The notes: a model not told the origin generated them from the letters alone. A DNA stretch of 64,000 bases from Candidatus Latescibacterota bacterium (GCA_965116885.1 OZ220741.1:3232001-3296000), one strand, 5' to 3'; counted from the first letter of the stretch, positions 51,420 to 60,823 are shown. Numbers and translations: made by a program.

Positions 51420-52112
51420 ATGGCAGATGCACCACAAACCACAGAAAGAGATTTAGCCCAAGCAGATCAAAGGATTGATCGCCGTTTTGATGAACAGCAA
51501 CGCGAAACCGTTAGGCAAGGCCAGCAGTTGACAGCGATTGAAAAACTGATTGAACAGAACAACGAGCACCACAAAGACCGCATGGCGCGTTACGAAGCCG
51601 CTCAGGAGAAGATGTTTGAGCGATTGGAGACGCGCATTGAGCAGAATGCCACAAGAATCACAGAGAGTAACGAGCATGTGATCAGACTGGACACCCTCAT
51701 AGATCAGCATGACGAGCGCATGAGCCATCTATCCGAGATCCAACGGGAATTGCGGGCGACGATTGATCAGAACGCCAAAGAAATCACGGAGAGTAATGAG
51801 CGAACGACCAGATTGGATACCCTCATAGATCAGCATGACGAGCGCATGAGCAGTCAAGCGGAGATCCAGCGAGAATTGCATGTGATGATTGATCAGAACG
51901 CCACAAGAATCACAGAGAGTAACGAGCATGTGATCAGACTGGACACCCTCATAGAGCAGCACGATGACCGCATGAGCCGTCTATCCGAGATCCAACGGGA
52001 ATTGCGTGCGACGATGCAGAGCAATTTCAATTGGATTGTTGGCGTTGTCCTCGGAGGAGTTTTTCTGATATTGGGTACACTGGTAACGGGATTTTTCGCT
52101 TTGCCTAAGTAA
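51420..52112 (+). CDS. Coiled-coil repeat protein with C-terminal TM anchor
   Basis: GAGGAG RBS, heptad pattern, three 42-aa repeats and C-terminal WIVGVVLGGVFLILG. Confidence 0.8.
   Translation: MADAPQTTERDLAQADQRIDRRFDEQQRETVRQGQQLTAIEKLIEQNNEHHKDRMARYEAAQEKMFERLETRIEQNATRITESNEHVIRLDTLIDQHDERMSHLSEIQRELRATIDQNAKEITESNERTTRLDTLIDQHDERMSSQAEIQRELHVMIDQNATRITESNEHVIRLDTLIEQHDDRMSRLSEIQRELRATMQSNFNWIVGVVLGGVFLILGTLVTGFFALPK
51636..52013 (+). repeat. Intragenic tandem repeat, 3 x 126 bp
   Basis: Units start at 51636, 51762 and 51888. Confidence 0.92.
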
Positions 52113-52176
52113 CCACACGAGTATAGACTTGTCACAGGCTGAGATAAACCACCATCTTAACGATATAAAAACAAGC

Positions 52177-52209
52177 AAGTGCCCGTCTCCTCAATGGAAG
52201 CGGGCACTT
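52177..52209. terminator. Bidirectional terminator
   Basis: AAGTGCCCG...CGGGCACTT between convergent genes. Confidence 0.75.
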
Positions 52210-52233
52210 TTGTGTTTATCCCAAAATAGAAGA

Positions 52234-54879
52234 TTACTCTTCCAGTGCAGCGTGGGCGGCTGCCAGGCGGGCGATGGGTACGCGGAAGGGGGAACAGGAT
52301 ACGTAGTCCATGCCGATGTTGTGGCAGAAGTGTACAGAGGACGGATCGCCGCCGTGTTCGCCGCAGATGCCCACTTTGAGGTCGCTGCGAGCGCCGCGTC
52401 CGTTTTTGGTGCCGAGTTCGACGAGTTGCCCCACGCCGGTCTGGTCGAGGGTCTGGAAGGGGTCGTTTTCGAGGATGCCCTTTTCGACGTATTCGCCCAG
52501 GAATTTGCCGGCGTCGTCGCGCGAGTAACCATAGGTCATTTGCGTGAGGTCGTTGGTGCCAAACGAGAAAAACTCTGCGTGTTCGGCAATTTCGGCGGCG
52601 GTGAGGGCAGCGCGGGGGATTTCGATCATGGTGCCGACGAGATACGCGACGCGCTTGCCGGTTTCGCTTTCTACTGCGCGGGCCACGCGATCCGTCATAA
52701 TTTTGAGTTCGGTAAATTCTTTGACCGTGCCCACGAGTGGGATCATGATTTCGGGAACGGCTTTGGATCCCACATTGGCGGCGGCTTCGAGGATGGCGCG
52801 CACCTGCATTTCGTAAATTTCCGGATAGGTGATGCCCAGCCGACAGCCGCGATGCCCGAGCATGGGATTAAATTCGTTGAGGGATTCGACCTTGTCCTGA
52901 ATCACGCGCAACGAGGTATCGAGCCGCCTTGCCATTTCCTCTTGCTGGTCGCTCTCATGTGGGAGAAACTCGTGCAGGGGAGGGTCGAGCAAGCGAATGG
53001 TCACGGGCAGCCCTGCCATGGCATTGAAAATGCCTTCAAAGTCGCCACGCTGGATGGGCAACAGCTTTTCGAGGGCGCCACGGCGGCCTTCTTCATCATC
53101 GGCGAGAATCATTTCGCGCACGATATTGATGCGGTCGCCTTCAAAAAACATGTGTTCCGTGCGGCACAGGCCAATGCCTTCGGCGCCAAATTCGCGCGCA
53201 ACAGCCGAATCGTGTGGTGTGTCCGCATTGGTGCGCACATTGAGTGTGCGAATTTCGTCGGCCCAGCTCATCAAGGTGGCAAAATCGCCCGAGAGTTCAG
53301 GCTCCTGTGTGGGAACCTGGCCGAGCATGACTTCGCCCGTGGAACCGTCAATGGAGACCCAGTCGCCGCCTTTGACAACTGTATCGCCGACAGAGAACTG
53401 ATTCGCAGTGTAGTCGATGGCGAGATCGCCACAACCAGCCACACAGCATTTACCCATACCGCGAGCAACCACGGCGGCGTGTGAGGTCATACCCCCGCGT
53501 GCGGTGAGAATGCCCTGTGCGGCGTTCATGCCGCCGATGTCTTCGGGCGAGGTTTCAAGACGCACCAGCAGAACATGCTCGCCCTGTTCGGCGGCTTCTT
53601 CGGCTTCTTCAGCGAGAAAGACGACCTTTCCCGATGCAGCACCCGGTGAAGCGGGTAATCCCGTAGCCAATACATTGCGTTCAACTGAGGGGTCGAAAGT
53701 GGGGTGCAGGAGTTGGTCGAGTTGTTCGGGATCCACGCGTTGCACGGCTTCGCTCCGGGTGATTAGTCCTTCGTTGACCATGTCAACGGCAATTTTGACG
53801 GCGGCAGCCGCAGTGCGTTTGCCATTGCGGGTTTGCAGCATCCAGAGTTTGCTCTGTTGCACGGTAAATTCGATGTCCTGCATGTCCCGATAGTGATTTT
53901 CGAGTGATTGGTAGATATCTTCAAGTGTTTGATAGGCTTCGGGTTGTCTGCTCTTCAGGCGTTCTACGGGTTCGGGGGTGCGTACGCCTGCGACCACGTC
54001 TTCGCCCTGTGCGTTGGTGAGAAATTCGCCGTAAAATGTGTTTTCACCCGTGGATGGGTCGCGCGTAAATGCAACGCCTGTGGCGCAGTCATCGCCCATG
54101 TTGCCATAGACCATGGACTGTACGTTGACGGCTGTTCCCCAGTCTCCGGGGATATTCTCCAGACGCCGATAGGTGATGGCGCGATCCGCCTGCCATGAGC
54201 CAAATACCGCGCCAATACCGCCCCAGAGTTGCTCGATGGGATCGGTGGGGAAATTTTGTCCCGTGCGTGTTTTGACGATGTCTTTGAACATATCGACGAG
54301 GGTTTTGAGGTCCTCTACGGTCATGTCGAGGTCGTCTTCGATGCCGCGCTTTTCTTTTATTTCCTCAATAGCGGCTTCAAAGGGGTCTATTTCGAGGCCC
54401 TCGGGAGTCACGCCCATTACCACATCGCCATAGGTCTGGATGAAGCGACGATAAGAGTCCCATCCAAAACGCGGGTTGTTGCTTCTGGCTATGAGACCTT
54501 CTGTGATTTCATCGTTGAGGCCGAGGTTGAGTACGGTTTCCATCATGCCGGGCATGGAGACGCGCGCACCCGAGCGCACGGACAGGAGCAATGGGTTTGT
54601 CGCATCGCCGAATTTGCCGCCCATCACATTTTCGAGTTTGGCAACGTTGTCCAGGACCTGTTTTTCAAGGGCGTCGGGATATTGTTTGTCGTGGTCGTAA
54701 TAATACGTGCAAACCTCGGTGGTTATGGTAAATCCGGCGGGCACGGGAATGCCCAGACCCGACATTTCTGCGAGGTTCGCGCCTTTGCCACCGAGCAAGT
54801 TGCGCATTTCTGCAGAGCCTTCGGCGTTGCCATCGCCAAAGAAATAGACGTATTTTTCTTCTTGTTTTGCTGTTGCCAT
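52234..54879 (-). CDS. ppdK: Pyruvate, phosphate dikinase
   Basis: LLGGKGANLAEM, SVRSGA, GGMTSHAAVVAR, GTNDLTQ and GICGEHGGDP motifs. Confidence 0.98.
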   Translation of the reverse strand: MATAKQEEKYVYFFGDGNAEGSAEMRNLLGGKGANLAEMSGLGIPVPAGFTITTEVCTYYYDHDKQYPDALEKQVLDNVAKLENVMGGKFGDATNPLLLSVRSGARVSMPGMMETVLNLGLNDEITEGLIARSNNPRFGWDSYRRFIQTYGDVVMGVTPEGLEIDPFEAAIEEIKEKRGIEDDLDMTVEDLKTLVDMFKDIVKTRTGQNFPTDPIEQLWGGIGAVFGSWQADRAITYRRLENIPGDWGTAVNVQSMVYGNMGDDCATGVAFTRDPSTGENTFYGEFLTNAQGEDVVAGVRTPEPVERLKSRQPEAYQTLEDIYQSLENHYRDMQDIEFTVQQSKLWMLQTRNGKRTAAAAVKIAVDMVNEGLITRSEAVQRVDPEQLDQLLHPTFDPSVERNVLATGLPASPGAASGKVVFLAEEAEEAAEQGEHVLLVRLETSPEDIGGMNAAQGILTARGGMTSHAAVVARGMGKCCVAGCGDLAIDYTANQFSVGDTVVKGGDWVSIDGSTGEVMLGQVPTQEPELSGDFATLMSWADEIRTLNVRTNADTPHDSAVAREFGAEGIGLCRTEHMFFEGDRINIVREMILADDEEGRRGALEKLLPIQRGDFEGIFNAMAGLPVTIRLLDPPLHEFLPHESDQQEEMARRLDTSLRVIQDKVESLNEFNPMLGHRGCRLGITYPEIYEMQVRAILEAAANVGSKAVPEIMIPLVGTVKEFTELKIMTDRVARAVESETGKRVAYLVGTMIEIPRAALTAAEIAEHAEFFSFGTNDLTQMTYGYSRDDAGKFLGEYVEKGILENDPFQTLDQTGVGQLVELGTKNGRGARSDLKVGICGEHGGDPSSVHFCHNIGMDYVSCSPFRVPIARLAAAHAALEE

Positions 54880-55051
54880 TGCGTCCTCCAAAGGGGTTCA
54901 AGTCGGGGCACGACAGTGTGCCCCCGGGATATTTTGGCAGGAAAAAATATAATAGGGCAAAAAAACGAGCAAGGATTTTGTTTGAATTAAAAATTAAGAA
55001 TGGGGAGCAGAGCGGGCTGGCTGATGAAGAAGATGGGCTGGAGCGAGCTGA

Positions 55052-56194
55052 CTACTCATTACTGGAAGTATCGGGCTGTGAGGTTTGGATTGAATCAATC
55101 AATGATTTTACCTGATTGAACTGGGTGTTGCTTTCCCAGCCGAGGATGGTTTGCAAAATGCTGCGACGCCCCACGTAGATACGCAAATCAGCGGTAGATC
55201 CAAAGCTCAGGGCAATGGGGGTTTGTTTGACGGCGACTTCCAGGCCAAAGGTGCGAACATTGCCTTCGTGAATGGCATACCCATGGACTTCGGACACTTC
55301 GCCATGACCGACAAAACCTTCGCGGTCGGTAAAGAGATTGCTCAATATTTCGACGGGTTGACCAGAGCGCACCTTCCACGCACTGGTTTCGGGCATCCAG
55401 GCACCGATGACTGTACCTTCGCCTTCTCCTGCGATGATCATGACAATGGCACCTTGATTGGCCTGCATGCCTGGATAGAGATCCTGGCGGGCTACCACGC
55501 CACTGACTGGCGCACGCAGGGTGGCGCGTTCGAGGGCTTCGCGCGCGGCTTCGAGATTGTGTTTTGCCTTGTCCAGAGATGCCTGGGTTTGGCGCACTGC
55601 TGCTTCGGCTTGTTGAATTTCGGCGGGCAGGGGACCGCGTCTTACCAGATTGAGATTTTCGAGTTCGACTTTTAAGCTGGCCTCAGCCAGGTCGTAACTG
55701 GTTTTGGCGCGTTCGTAGTCTTCCTGACTGAAGAGCCGCTGGCCTTCATAAAGAGCCTGGGCGCGTTTGAGGTCCTGTTGCCGGGCCGTGAGATTAATGC
55801 GCGCTTGCTCAACGCGCGATTCGGCTATTTTGAGTTCTTCGGGAGTTGGCTGTGCGCGCAGCAGGGCAAGCCGCGCCTGTGCGGCTTCGAGGTTGGCGAT
55901 TTCCCGTTTGATTTCTTGTTCGGAGGTTGCGGCTACCGCTCTCAAATTGCCGTCGTAGAGTCGGGCGACGGGTTGACCGGCTATGACGGAGTCGCCGGGT
56001 TCTGCGAGAATTTCGTGGATGTCCTGGCTCATGGGCGAGTTGATATATATTTTATCTCCTGGTTCTACAATGCCTTGAGCCATCACGATATCGTCAATCT
56101 GGATCAGTGCGAGGGCGAGTGCAATGGCCCCAATCACACCGAAGACCCAGAGTAGCCATTTGACAATTCTGCCTTTTCGGCGACGGCGCATCAT
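55052..56194 (-). CDS. HlyD-family periplasmic adaptor (membrane fusion protein)
   Basis: Basic N-terminus plus TM helix, lipoyl half-motifs (PGDSV.AGQ; LRAPVSGVV) and a long alpha-hairpin. Confidence 0.85.
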   Translation of the reverse strand: MMRRRRKGRIVKWLLWVFGVIGAIALALALIQIDDIVMAQGIVEPGDKIYINSPMSQDIHEILAEPGDSVIAGQPVARLYDGNLRAVAATSEQEIKREIANLEAAQARLALLRAQPTPEELKIAESRVEQARINLTARQQDLKRAQALYEGQRLFSQEDYERAKTSYDLAEASLKVELENLNLVRRGPLPAEIQQAEAAVRQTQASLDKAKHNLEAAREALERATLRAPVSGVVARQDLYPGMQANQGAIVMIIAGEGEGTVIGAWMPETSAWKVRSGQPVEILSNLFTDREGFVGHGEVSEVHGYAIHEGNVRTFGLEVAVKQTPIALSFGSTADLRIYVGRRSILQTILGWESNTQFNQVKSLIDSIQTSQPDTSSNE

Positions 56195-56216
56195 GGGATT
56201 ATTTTTTTCCTTTTGC

Positions 56217-56244
56217 TTGACAGATTTCGGCAGAATGGTATATT
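56217..56244 (+). promoter_or_regulatory. Sigma70 promoter of tRNA-Lys
   Basis: TTGACA-16 nt-TATATT with an extended -10 TG. Confidence 0.6.
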
Positions 56245-56271
56245 TTACAATTCTATACCAAAATCCTGGAT

Positions 56272-56344
56272 GGGCGCGTAGCTCAGGCGGTAGAGCAACG
56301 GCCTTTTAAGCCGTGGGTCGCAGGTTCGAATCCTGCCGCGCTCA
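56272..56344 (+). tRNA. tRNA-Lys (anticodon UUU), CCA not encoded
   Basis: Cloverleaf: acceptor GGGCGCG/CGCGCTC, D arm GCTC/GAGC, anticodon arm ACGGC-CTTTTAA-GCCGT, T arm GCAGG-TTCGAAT-CCTGC; followed by CTA. Confidence 0.96.
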
Positions 56345-56357
56345 CTATTACAAAACG

Positions 56358-56389
56358 GCCCTGAATCACAATGATTTCAGGGCTTTTTT
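56358..56389 (+). terminator. Intrinsic terminator after tRNA-Lys
   Basis: GCCCTGAA...TTCAGGGC followed by TTTTTT. Confidence 0.75.
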
Positions 56390-56499
56390 CGTGCCCATTA
56401 CGAGTAAATATAGTGAATAAATTTATTATATTGTTTTGCAAAGGTCAAGAAAGTTCTAAATAAAAGTTATGATTTGGGACCGCTATATTGCGAGGTAAC

Positions 56500-56528
56500 T
56501 TGACATCACAACGGGTATTAAATATATT
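56500..56528 (+). promoter_or_regulatory. Sigma70 promoter of cysH
   Basis: TTGACA-17 nt-TATATT. Confidence 0.65.
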
Positions 56529-56560
56529 GTGAATCAACGAACTCAAGAATAGGAGATGTT

Positions 56561-57301
56561 GTGCTTACCCGAGAAAAATTGAACGCGCAGTCCCTGGCTC
56601 TTGAAGCGGTACCTCTGGAAGATATTTTGATCTGGGCATGGGAGACGTTGGGTTCTCGCGTGGCGTTTGGTACTGCTTTTGGTGCCAGCGGCATGGTCTT
56701 GCTCGACGTGATGCAAAAGGTTGCGCCACAAATTCCCGTATTTACAATTGACACGGGTTTTCTGTTTCCCGAAACCCTGAGTTTGATCGACCGTGTGGAG
56801 GCGCGCTATGGAATTGAGATTGAGCGGGTGCATTCCCGCTTGAGTGTTGAAGAGCAAGCGCGTGATTACGGTGATGAACTCTACAAGCGGGATGCCGACC
56901 GGTGTTGCTGGTTGCGAAAAGTCGAGCCTTTGCAGCGCAAGTTGTCCCAGTTGAATGGCTGGATTAATAGCCGTCGGCGAGATCAGGGCGATACCCGCAG
57001 CCAAATTTCCATTCTGGAATATTATGAAACAGATGGGCGCGCGTTGCTCAAATTGAATCCCATGGCTCCGTGGACGCGCAAACAGGTCTGGGATTATATT
57101 GTCGAACACGATGTGCCCTATAATCCCTTGATGGATCAGGGCTTTGCCACGATAGGATGCTGGCCCTGCACGAAAGCTGTAGATGCAGATGCAGACGAAC
57201 GCGCCGGTCGTTGGGCGGGTTCGGATAAGACAGAGTGCGGTATCCACACCTTTTTACAGCCGATTGATGCGGCGGTCAATGCCGTGCCTGTTGAATCTTG
57301 A
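56561..57301 (+). CDS. cysH: APS/PAPS reductase (4Fe-4S APS-reductase type)
   Basis: IDTG, CC..RKVEPL, IGCWPCT, ERAGRW and ECGIH motifs. Confidence 0.93.
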   Translation: MLTREKLNAQSLALEAVPLEDILIWAWETLGSRVAFGTAFGASGMVLLDVMQKVAPQIPVFTIDTGFLFPETLSLIDRVEARYGIEIERVHSRLSVEEQARDYGDELYKRDADRCCWLRKVEPLQRKLSQLNGWINSRRRDQGDTRSQISILEYYETDGRALLKLNPMAPWTRKQVWDYIVEHDVPYNPLMDQGFATIGCWPCTKAVDADADERAGRWAGSDKTECGIHTFLQPIDAAVNAVPVES

Positions 57302-57414
57302 CATAATGTCGAAAATAGTATTATTTGGATGTAATCGCGGCCCTCTCGTGGGGTCGTTTTTGGTTTATGGAAGCGCGTGAGTGATACTAATTTCCTTTAA
57401 CAACGACTAAATTT

Positions 57415-58359
57415 ATGCGTAGGAAAAAGCTATCAAAGCGTTCTCGCATCCGACACTCGATTCTCGATGCAATAGGCAATACGCCGCTGTTGCGTATCCG
57501 GGAATTGGGTGACAAGATCGAGCCAGGGGTTGAAATCTGGGCGAAGCTGGAGATGTTTAACCCGGGCGGATCGGTCAAAGATCGCCCCGCTTTGCAGATG
57601 ATTGAAGATGCCGAAAAAGCGGGTGTGCTCACGCCGGAGAAAGTGATTTTGGATTCGACTTCGGGCAATACGGGTATTGCGTATGCCATGATCGGTGCGG
57701 CTAAGGGATATCGCGTCGAGCTGGTCATGCCCGAGAGCGTGAGCATTGAGCGACGATACGTCATTCAGTCTTATGGATCTGATCTGGTGTTGAGCGATCC
57801 CCTTGAAGGCTCAGATGGCGCAATTTTGAAATGTCGGGAAATGCTGGCTGCAAATCCCGATTTGTATTACAAACCCGATCAGTACAATAATCCGTCCAAT
57901 TCCAGGGCGCATTATTTGCATACGGCGCCGGAAATCTGGTCGCAGACCCAGGGCAGGGTGACGCATTTTGTGGCGACGTTGGGCACGAGTGGTACTGTCA
58001 TGGGTACTGGCAGGGGGCTGAAGGCATTTAATCCCGATGTGCAGATTATTGCCGTTGAGCCACCCGAATTTCACGGGATTGAGGGTCTGAAAAATATGGA
58101 TGTGTCTATTGTGCCCGGTATTTACGATCCATCGGTGTGGGACCAGAAGATTCGGATTGAAACGGAAGAAGCGTATGATATTGCGCGGTGGTTGACGCGA
58201 GATATGGGTTTGCTGGTGGGGCAGTCTTGTGGTGCCGCGATGGCCGCTGCCCTGAAAGTTGCCGAGACCATAGATGAAGGGGTCATTGTCACGCTGTTTC
58301 CCGATAGTGGTGAAAAGTACATGAGTACGCCTCTGTGGCGGCTCGATCCTGCGAGGTAG
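57415..58359 (+). CDS. cysM: PLP-dependent cysteine synthase (CysM-like, probably sulfur-carrier dependent)
   Basis: NPGGSVKDR, STSGNTG, DQYNNPSN and GTSGT motifs; adjacent to mec and cysO. Confidence 0.8.
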   Translation: MRRKKLSKRSRIRHSILDAIGNTPLLRIRELGDKIEPGVEIWAKLEMFNPGGSVKDRPALQMIEDAEKAGVLTPEKVILDSTSGNTGIAYAMIGAAKGYRVELVMPESVSIERRYVIQSYGSDLVLSDPLEGSDGAILKCREMLAANPDLYYKPDQYNNPSNSRAHYLHTAPEIWSQTQGRVTHFVATLGTSGTVMGTGRGLKAFNPDVQIIAVEPPEFHGIEGLKNMDVSIVPGIYDPSVWDQKIRIETEEAYDIARWLTRDMGLLVGQSCGAAMAAALKVAETIDEGVIVTLFPDSGEKYMSTPLWRLDPAR

Positions 58360-58361
58360 CG

Positions 58362-58817
58362 ATGTTTGACAAAGCGATTTGGGACGCCATGTTTGTCCAC
58401 GCACAGCGGGAATATCCGGCTGAGTGTTGCGGTATTGTGACCGAAGATGCTTCGGGGATACAGACGATTCATCCGTGTGAGAATATCCAGGACAAATTGC
58501 ACGCTGCCGATCCCGAAACCCATCCGCGCACTTCCAGGACGGCTTATCGCATGAACGATATGCATGTGATGAAAATTCAATCGGAGGCGGAACAAGCGGG
58601 TGGGCGGATTGTCGCGATCTATCATTCGCATATCGATGTGGATGCTTATTTTTCTCAAGAGGATCAAGATGCGGCGACATTTTTTGGTGAACCAGCCTAT
58701 CCGGGCGTGGTTTATCCCATTATTCCAGTAAAAAATGCCCGGGTGGATATCGGTGGGGAAAAAGTTTTTCAATGGCGTGATTCGTCATCAAAATTTGAGG
58801 AAGTGGTGATTCGGTGA
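58362..58817 (+). CDS. mec: JAB/MPN (JAMM, M67) metallopeptidase, Mec-like
   Basis: YPAECCG and YHSH....AYFSQED JAMM motif. Confidence 0.88.
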   Translation: MFDKAIWDAMFVHAQREYPAECCGIVTEDASGIQTIHPCENIQDKLHAADPETHPRTSRTAYRMNDMHVMKIQSEAEQAGGRIVAIYHSHIDVDAYFSQEDQDAATFFGEPAYPGVVYPIIPVKNARVDIGGEKVFQWRDSSSKFEEVVIR

Positions 58818-58839
58818 GAAATAAAAAAGGAGGTAACAC

Positions 58840-59124
58840 ATGGCTGTCACAGTTCGGATTCCAACGCCTTTGCGCAAATTTACAGGTGATCAATCCGATG
58901 TAGAAGTGCAGGGCGAAACGGTTGGGGAAGCTATCGACAATCTCGAAGCACAGCATGCGGGCATTAAGGAACACATGGTCGATGAGTCGGGCGCTATTCG
59001 ACGCTTTGTCAATGTGTATGTCAACGAAGAGGATATTCGCTTTCTGGACGGTCCCGATACCAGCGTCAAAGATGGCGATCAGGTGACTATTGTGCCTGCG
59101 ATTGCTGGCGGGTGTTCCTTTTAA
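58840..59124 (+). CDS. cysO: MoaD/ThiS ubiquitin-like sulfur carrier (CysO-like) with C-terminal extension GG-CSF
   Basis: VRIPTPLR, RRFVNVYVNEEDIRFL and IVPAIAGG; AGGAGG RBS. Confidence 0.88.
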   Translation: MAVTVRIPTPLRKFTGDQSDVEVQGETVGEAIDNLEAQHAGIKEHMVDESGAIRRFVNVYVNEEDIRFLDGPDTSVKDGDQVTIVPAIAGGCSF

Positions 59125-59140
59125 TCGGTATATCTGACTT

Positions 59141-59572
59141 ATGATGCACATTTCCGCTAAAGGAGATTACGGTTTGCGCGCGGTCTTAGACCTGTGTCTG
59201 CACGATGGGGAAGGGCCAGTTTTGCGTACAGATATCGCTGCGCGGCAAAATATCCCCGCAGCGTATTTGGTACAGTTGCTCAATCTTTTGCGAAAAGCCG
59301 GTTTGGTACACAGTATTCGCGGTCCCAAAGGCGGACATGTGTTGTTGAAACGTCCGGATGAATTGACTGTGGAAGAGGTATTGGCTGCTCTGGAAGGGCC
59401 GGTCAATTTGGTGGATAAGCGCGAAAAGGCTGGGGATGCGGGAACAGATGTGCTCAAAGATGTATGGGAAGCTGTGGGAACCGCTGTACACGATGTCCTG
59501 TCATCGGTGACGTTTGACGATTTGTGTCGAAAGTATCGGGCGCGTCAGATGCCTGTCACATTCCGGATTTGA
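59141..59572 (+). CDS. Rrf2 family transcriptional regulator (CymR-like, no Fe-S Cys triad)
   Basis: SAKGDYGLRA and LRKAGLVHSIRGPKGG motifs. Confidence 0.92.
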   Translation: MMHISAKGDYGLRAVLDLCLHDGEGPVLRTDIAARQNIPAAYLVQLLNLLRKAGLVHSIRGPKGGHVLLKRPDELTVEEVLAALEGPVNLVDKREKAGDAGTDVLKDVWEAVGTAVHDVLSSVTFDDLCRKYRARQMPVTFRI

Positions 59573-59574
59573 TT

Positions 59575-60495
59575 ATGGATGGCGCGAGAACTGGACATAC
59601 GGTGCTGGATCTGGTGGGCAATACGCCCATGGTACGACTGAACTCGGTGGGGCCTGTAAATGGTGCTCAGATCTGGGCGAAATTGGAATTTTTTAATCCG
59701 GCGGGCAGTGTAAAAGATCGCACGGCACTCGCTATGGTTGAGGCTGCGGAGAAAAATGGGCAGCTCAAACCCGGTATGACCATTGTGGAATCGACCAGTG
59801 GCAATACGGGTATTGGCCTTGCCATGGTGGCTGCGATAAAAAATTATCGGCTGATTATTACCATGCCCGAGGGCGTCAGCGACGAGCGCACCCGATTGCT
59901 CAAAGCTTATGGTGCCGAGGTTGTGCTAACGCCTGCCCGCGATGGGATGCGCGGAGCGATTGAAAAAGCCTGGACGCTTAAGGATAAAAACTGTTTTATT
60001 CCGATGCAGTTTGAAAACCCCGCCAATCCCGAGATTCATCGGCAGACCACTGCCCGAGAGATGATTTTACAACTCGAGGGCGTTCCCGATGCTTTTGTCG
60101 CAGGTGTGGGAACGGGAGGTACCGTGACTGGCGTGGGCGAGGTCTTTAAGCAGGTGCGATCAGATGTGGTGGTCGTCGGGGTAGAGCCAAGGGATTCTGC
60201 GGTGTTATCGGGAGGAGAGCCGGGTCCGACTGAGATCGATGGCCTGGGCGCGGGCATGATTCCAGATGTGCTGAATACGGACATACTGGACCGGGTGATC
60301 GCCGTATCCAATTCGGATGCGCGCAAGATGTCAAAGCGCCTGGCGCGTGAAGAGGGCTTGCTGGTGGGGATTTCGTCGGGTGCAGCAGCACACGCAGCCG
60401 TTGTTGTCGCTTCAGGTATGAGACCTCAACAGACGGTCGCAACGGTATTGTGCGATACCGGTGAACGGTATTTGGGCACGTTTTTATTTGGCTGA
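59575..60495 (+). CDS. cysK: Cysteine synthase A
   Basis: NPAGSVKDR, TSGNTGIGLA, QFENPANP, GVGTGGT and GISSGA motifs. Confidence 0.92.
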   Translation: MDGARTGHTVLDLVGNTPMVRLNSVGPVNGAQIWAKLEFFNPAGSVKDRTALAMVEAAEKNGQLKPGMTIVESTSGNTGIGLAMVAAIKNYRLIITMPEGVSDERTRLLKAYGAEVVLTPARDGMRGAIEKAWTLKDKNCFIPMQFENPANPEIHRQTTAREMILQLEGVPDAFVAGVGTGGTVTGVGEVFKQVRSDVVVVGVEPRDSAVLSGGEPGPTEIDGLGAGMIPDVLNTDILDRVIAVSNSDARKMSKRLAREEGLLVGISSGAAAHAAVVVASGMRPQQTVATVLCDTGERYLGTFLFG

Positions 60496-60511
60496 TGCAC
60501 GCGATTGTGAC

Positions 60512-60550
60512 AAAAAACCCGGCATCTTTTTGAGATTGCCGGGGCTTTTT
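60512..60550. terminator. Bidirectional terminator between cysK and rpsT
   Basis: AAAAAACCCGGCA...TGCCGGGGCTTTTT. Confidence 0.75.
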
Positions 60551-60565
60551 GTTTTTGCAGATATT

Positions 60566-60823
60566 TTACGATTCAAGAGCAGCGACGTGGCGCTGTACTT
60601 TCGATTTGTATCGGGCGGCCGCATTGCGGTGGATAACGCCTTTTTGAGCTGTTTTGTCAATTGCGGACTGTGTGCTATTGATCAGTGCCTCCGCTTCTTC
60701 TTTACTATTTGTCGCCAGTATTTTTTTAAGAGAAGTACGCAAAGAAGAGCGTACACTTCTGTTGCGGAGCCTGGCTTTTTCAGCCTGACGCATGCGTTTT
60801 TTTGAAGATGCCAATGTGGGCAA
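60566..60823 (-). CDS. rpsT: 30S ribosomal protein S20
   Basis: SSKKRMRQ..K.RLRN and IDK.AQKGVIHRNAAARYKS motifs; TTG start with AAGGAGGT RBS. Confidence 0.96.
   Translation of the reverse strand: MPTLASSKKRMRQAEKARLRNRSVRSSLRTSLKKILATNSKEEAEALINSTQSAIDKTAQKGVIHRNAAARYKSKVQRHVAALES

Noticed and set aside
52129..53484. 451-aa + strand ORF
   Set aside because: Antisense shadow of ppdK caused by codon bias; no recognisable motifs or RBS.
56272..56560. tRNA-Lys as an integration site for an island
   Set aside because: No integrase and no duplicated tRNA 3' end seen; downstream genes have host-like composition.
57811..58772. 289-aa and 216-aa - strand ORFs over cysM/mec
   Set aside because: Antisense shadows of well-supported + strand genes.
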